NCBI GenBank assembly: GCA_040285855.1
Contig: JAUFOQ010000005.1
Coordinates: 2,418,001 to 2,482,000, forward strand
Reading direction: 5' to 3'
Length of the DNA: 64,000 bases
From: Eukaryota sp. GEM-RC1
Taxonomy: Eukaryota
Below the pieces are notes generated by a model. The model was not told the DNA's origin. It saw only the letters and a program-made list of their open reading frames with translations, and searched no databases. A program made the translations under genes and the position numbers. This document shows positions 62,527-64,000 of this stretch, piece by piece (position 1 is the stretch's first letter; every line of letters begins with the position of its first letter).

Positions 62527-63240
62527 ATGAAGATTCAAGTTTATTCTGATTTGCATTTAGAATATCATCCAGCATTGTTTTATATTCCTAGACTTTGTGA
62601 TTATTTGTTTATTGCTGGTGATGTTGGTAAATGTCACACTAAAGGATTTAGAAGATTCATTGGATTTGCTAGTCAGAAATTCAAACAAGTGTTTATTGTA
62701 TTAGGAAATCATGACTTGTCAGATAAGATTGAAAACTATCAAGATATAACTCTGAAATATAAACAATATAAAACATTCATATTCTCCAAAAAGAAACTTA
62801 TCAATTAGGAGAATATTTAATTGCTGGTTGTACATTATTCTCACAAGCTCATCCCGATATAGTTAAAAGAGTTAGTGATTTCAAATGTATTCGCGATGGA
62901 GAAAATCGAATAACTACTGAGAAATATTGTGAGTTAAACAATGAGCATACAGCTTGGCTAAAAGATGTTGTTGAGAATAATCAAGATAAAAGATTATTAT
63001 TCTAACTCATTGGCCATTAATCAGAGAAGGAACAGCATCCCCTGAATTTGACAATGACATTGAAATTATGAAGATTTACTTTGGAAATGATATCCATTTT
63101 CAACATGAGAATTTGACTTCAATCTTTGGGCATACTCATTATAGTACGACATTCACAAGAGACAACGTAAGATACATCTCAAATGCTGTGGGATTTAAAG
63201 ATGAAGGAATTTTCTATAGAGATTTTGTTTTGATGTATAA
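62527..63240 (+). CDS. Calcineurin-like metallophosphoesterase, frameshifted
   Basis: SDLH, AGDVG, GNHD, THWP, FGHTH in order. Confidence 0.85.
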
Positions 63241-63262
63241 AAATGAATTTTATTTTTATAAA

Positions 63263-63538
63263 ATGATTGTTACGCATTTTGAATATGGATATATGATAAC
63301 CGATATTGTCCCAATTTATAAAGTTAAAGGAACAAAGGTATCAATCAATGATACTTGGATTAAATATTTAGACATTAGAAATACTGATATAGAAGAATTA
63401 GATTGTTGTTGTAATAAACTTAAAACATTATTTTTAAATAATTTAAAATATCTAGATTGTTCATTTAATGAATTGAAAGAAGTTGATTTCCCAGATTCGT
63501 TAGAAGAATGTAATTGCGAATATAATAAATTCGAATGA
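63263..63538 (+). CDS. Leucine-rich-repeat-like protein
   Basis: Motif-preceded ATG; ELDCCCNKLKTL, LKYLDCSFNELKEV. Confidence 0.65.
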   Translation: MIVTHFEYGYMITDIVPIYKVKGTKVSINDTWIKYLDIRNTDIEELDCCCNKLKTLFLNNLKYLDCSFNELKEVDFPDSLEECNCEYNKFE

Positions 63539-63559
63539 TAAAAGTGATTTTTTATAATA

Positions 63560-64000
63560 ATGTTAATCCCTAGTACTTTGCTTGTCGATGAAGGCAAAAT
63601 TGCTTTTACAATATTCCTGTCTATTATAGAAAAATCGGAAATGCCTATGAAGCTAAATATTACACTGAAGCTCATGATGTTGGATATGACAATCTAACAA
63701 AGCCTCCAAAAATTCCATCATTCTTCACAATTTCCATGGATGTGATTCAATCAAAATGCATGTAATGCCTGGAGATGGAATTATTCATTGGAATGATTTG
63801 TTGAAAATTTGCTCCCTCAAGCTCGAACTCACTATTACGTTTAGCGATACAATGGTCATCAAACACGCAGAAATGTATGAAAATACATTATCCCAATCAT
63901 TCTATCTTCTAAAGTGGTACAAGTGTACGTTAAAACTCCTGGAAAACATCTTTACCAAATCTGAATGTTAGAACTGATGGCCATCGATTCAGTATAACCA
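63560..64000 (+). pseudogene. Hypothetical gene, frameshifted, runs to window end
   Basis: AAAAGTGATTT motif variant + ATG 63560. Confidence 0.35.

Larger units (their letters stand above)
22729..64000. mobile_element. Putative endogenous giant-virus-like (NCLDV-like) region, decaying
   Basis: Abrupt drop in GC, intronless tightly packed short genes, shared upstream motif, gene content typical of NCLDV accessory regions; no hallmark gene seen. Confidence 0.7.

Noticed and set aside
63068..63538. Phosphoesterase-LRR fusion protein
   Set aside because: The ORF reads through a promoter-like motif at ~63240, and the LRR part has a stand-alone paralog at 42624, so two genes are likelier
22729..64000. 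Bacterial or phage origin, or an alternative genetic code
   Set aside because: No Shine-Dalgarno pattern and eukaryote-directed genes (Skp1-like, F-box-like, RING-like) are present; most breaks are frameshifts, not one recurrent stop codon

Overview
The window has two very different halves. (1) 1-22,728 is a higher-order tandem array. Six ~2.35 kb copies and one 252 bp 3' fragment of a minus-strand CRE-clade-like non-LTR retroelement (RT with YADD, CCHC knuckle, restriction-like endonuclease) alternate with blocks of a 272 bp satellite. Each full copy sits at the same satellite position, bounded by the 10 bp direct repeat TCAGAGATAT. All share one 5' end that leaves an in-frame Met at the start of the RT domain, and all appear to have Val where an endonuclease Asp is expected. 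(2) 22,729-64,000 is very AT-rich, intronless and gene-dense, and resembles a giant-virus (NCLDV-like) accessory region. A motif AAAATGATT(T/A)n lies just upstream of most genes. It holds expanded F-box-like and DUF4116-like families, plus Skp1-like, RING-like, JAMM/MPN, GNAT, two microbial-type PARG-like, two kinase, T4 Rnl1-type RNA ligase, RlmN/Cfr-like radical SAM, BCS1-like AAA and metallophosphoesterase genes. Many genes are broken. Some breaks are homopolymer indels that may be sequencing error; others are real lesions (in-frame stops, a lost start codon, 28 and 50 bp duplications, inversions that split genes). The best reading is a decaying endogenous giant-virus-like element joined directly to a host satellite/retrotransposon array. 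No NCLDV hallmark gene (MCP, PolB, A32) is visible, so viral origin is an inference. All family calls are motif recognition by eye, not database hits.
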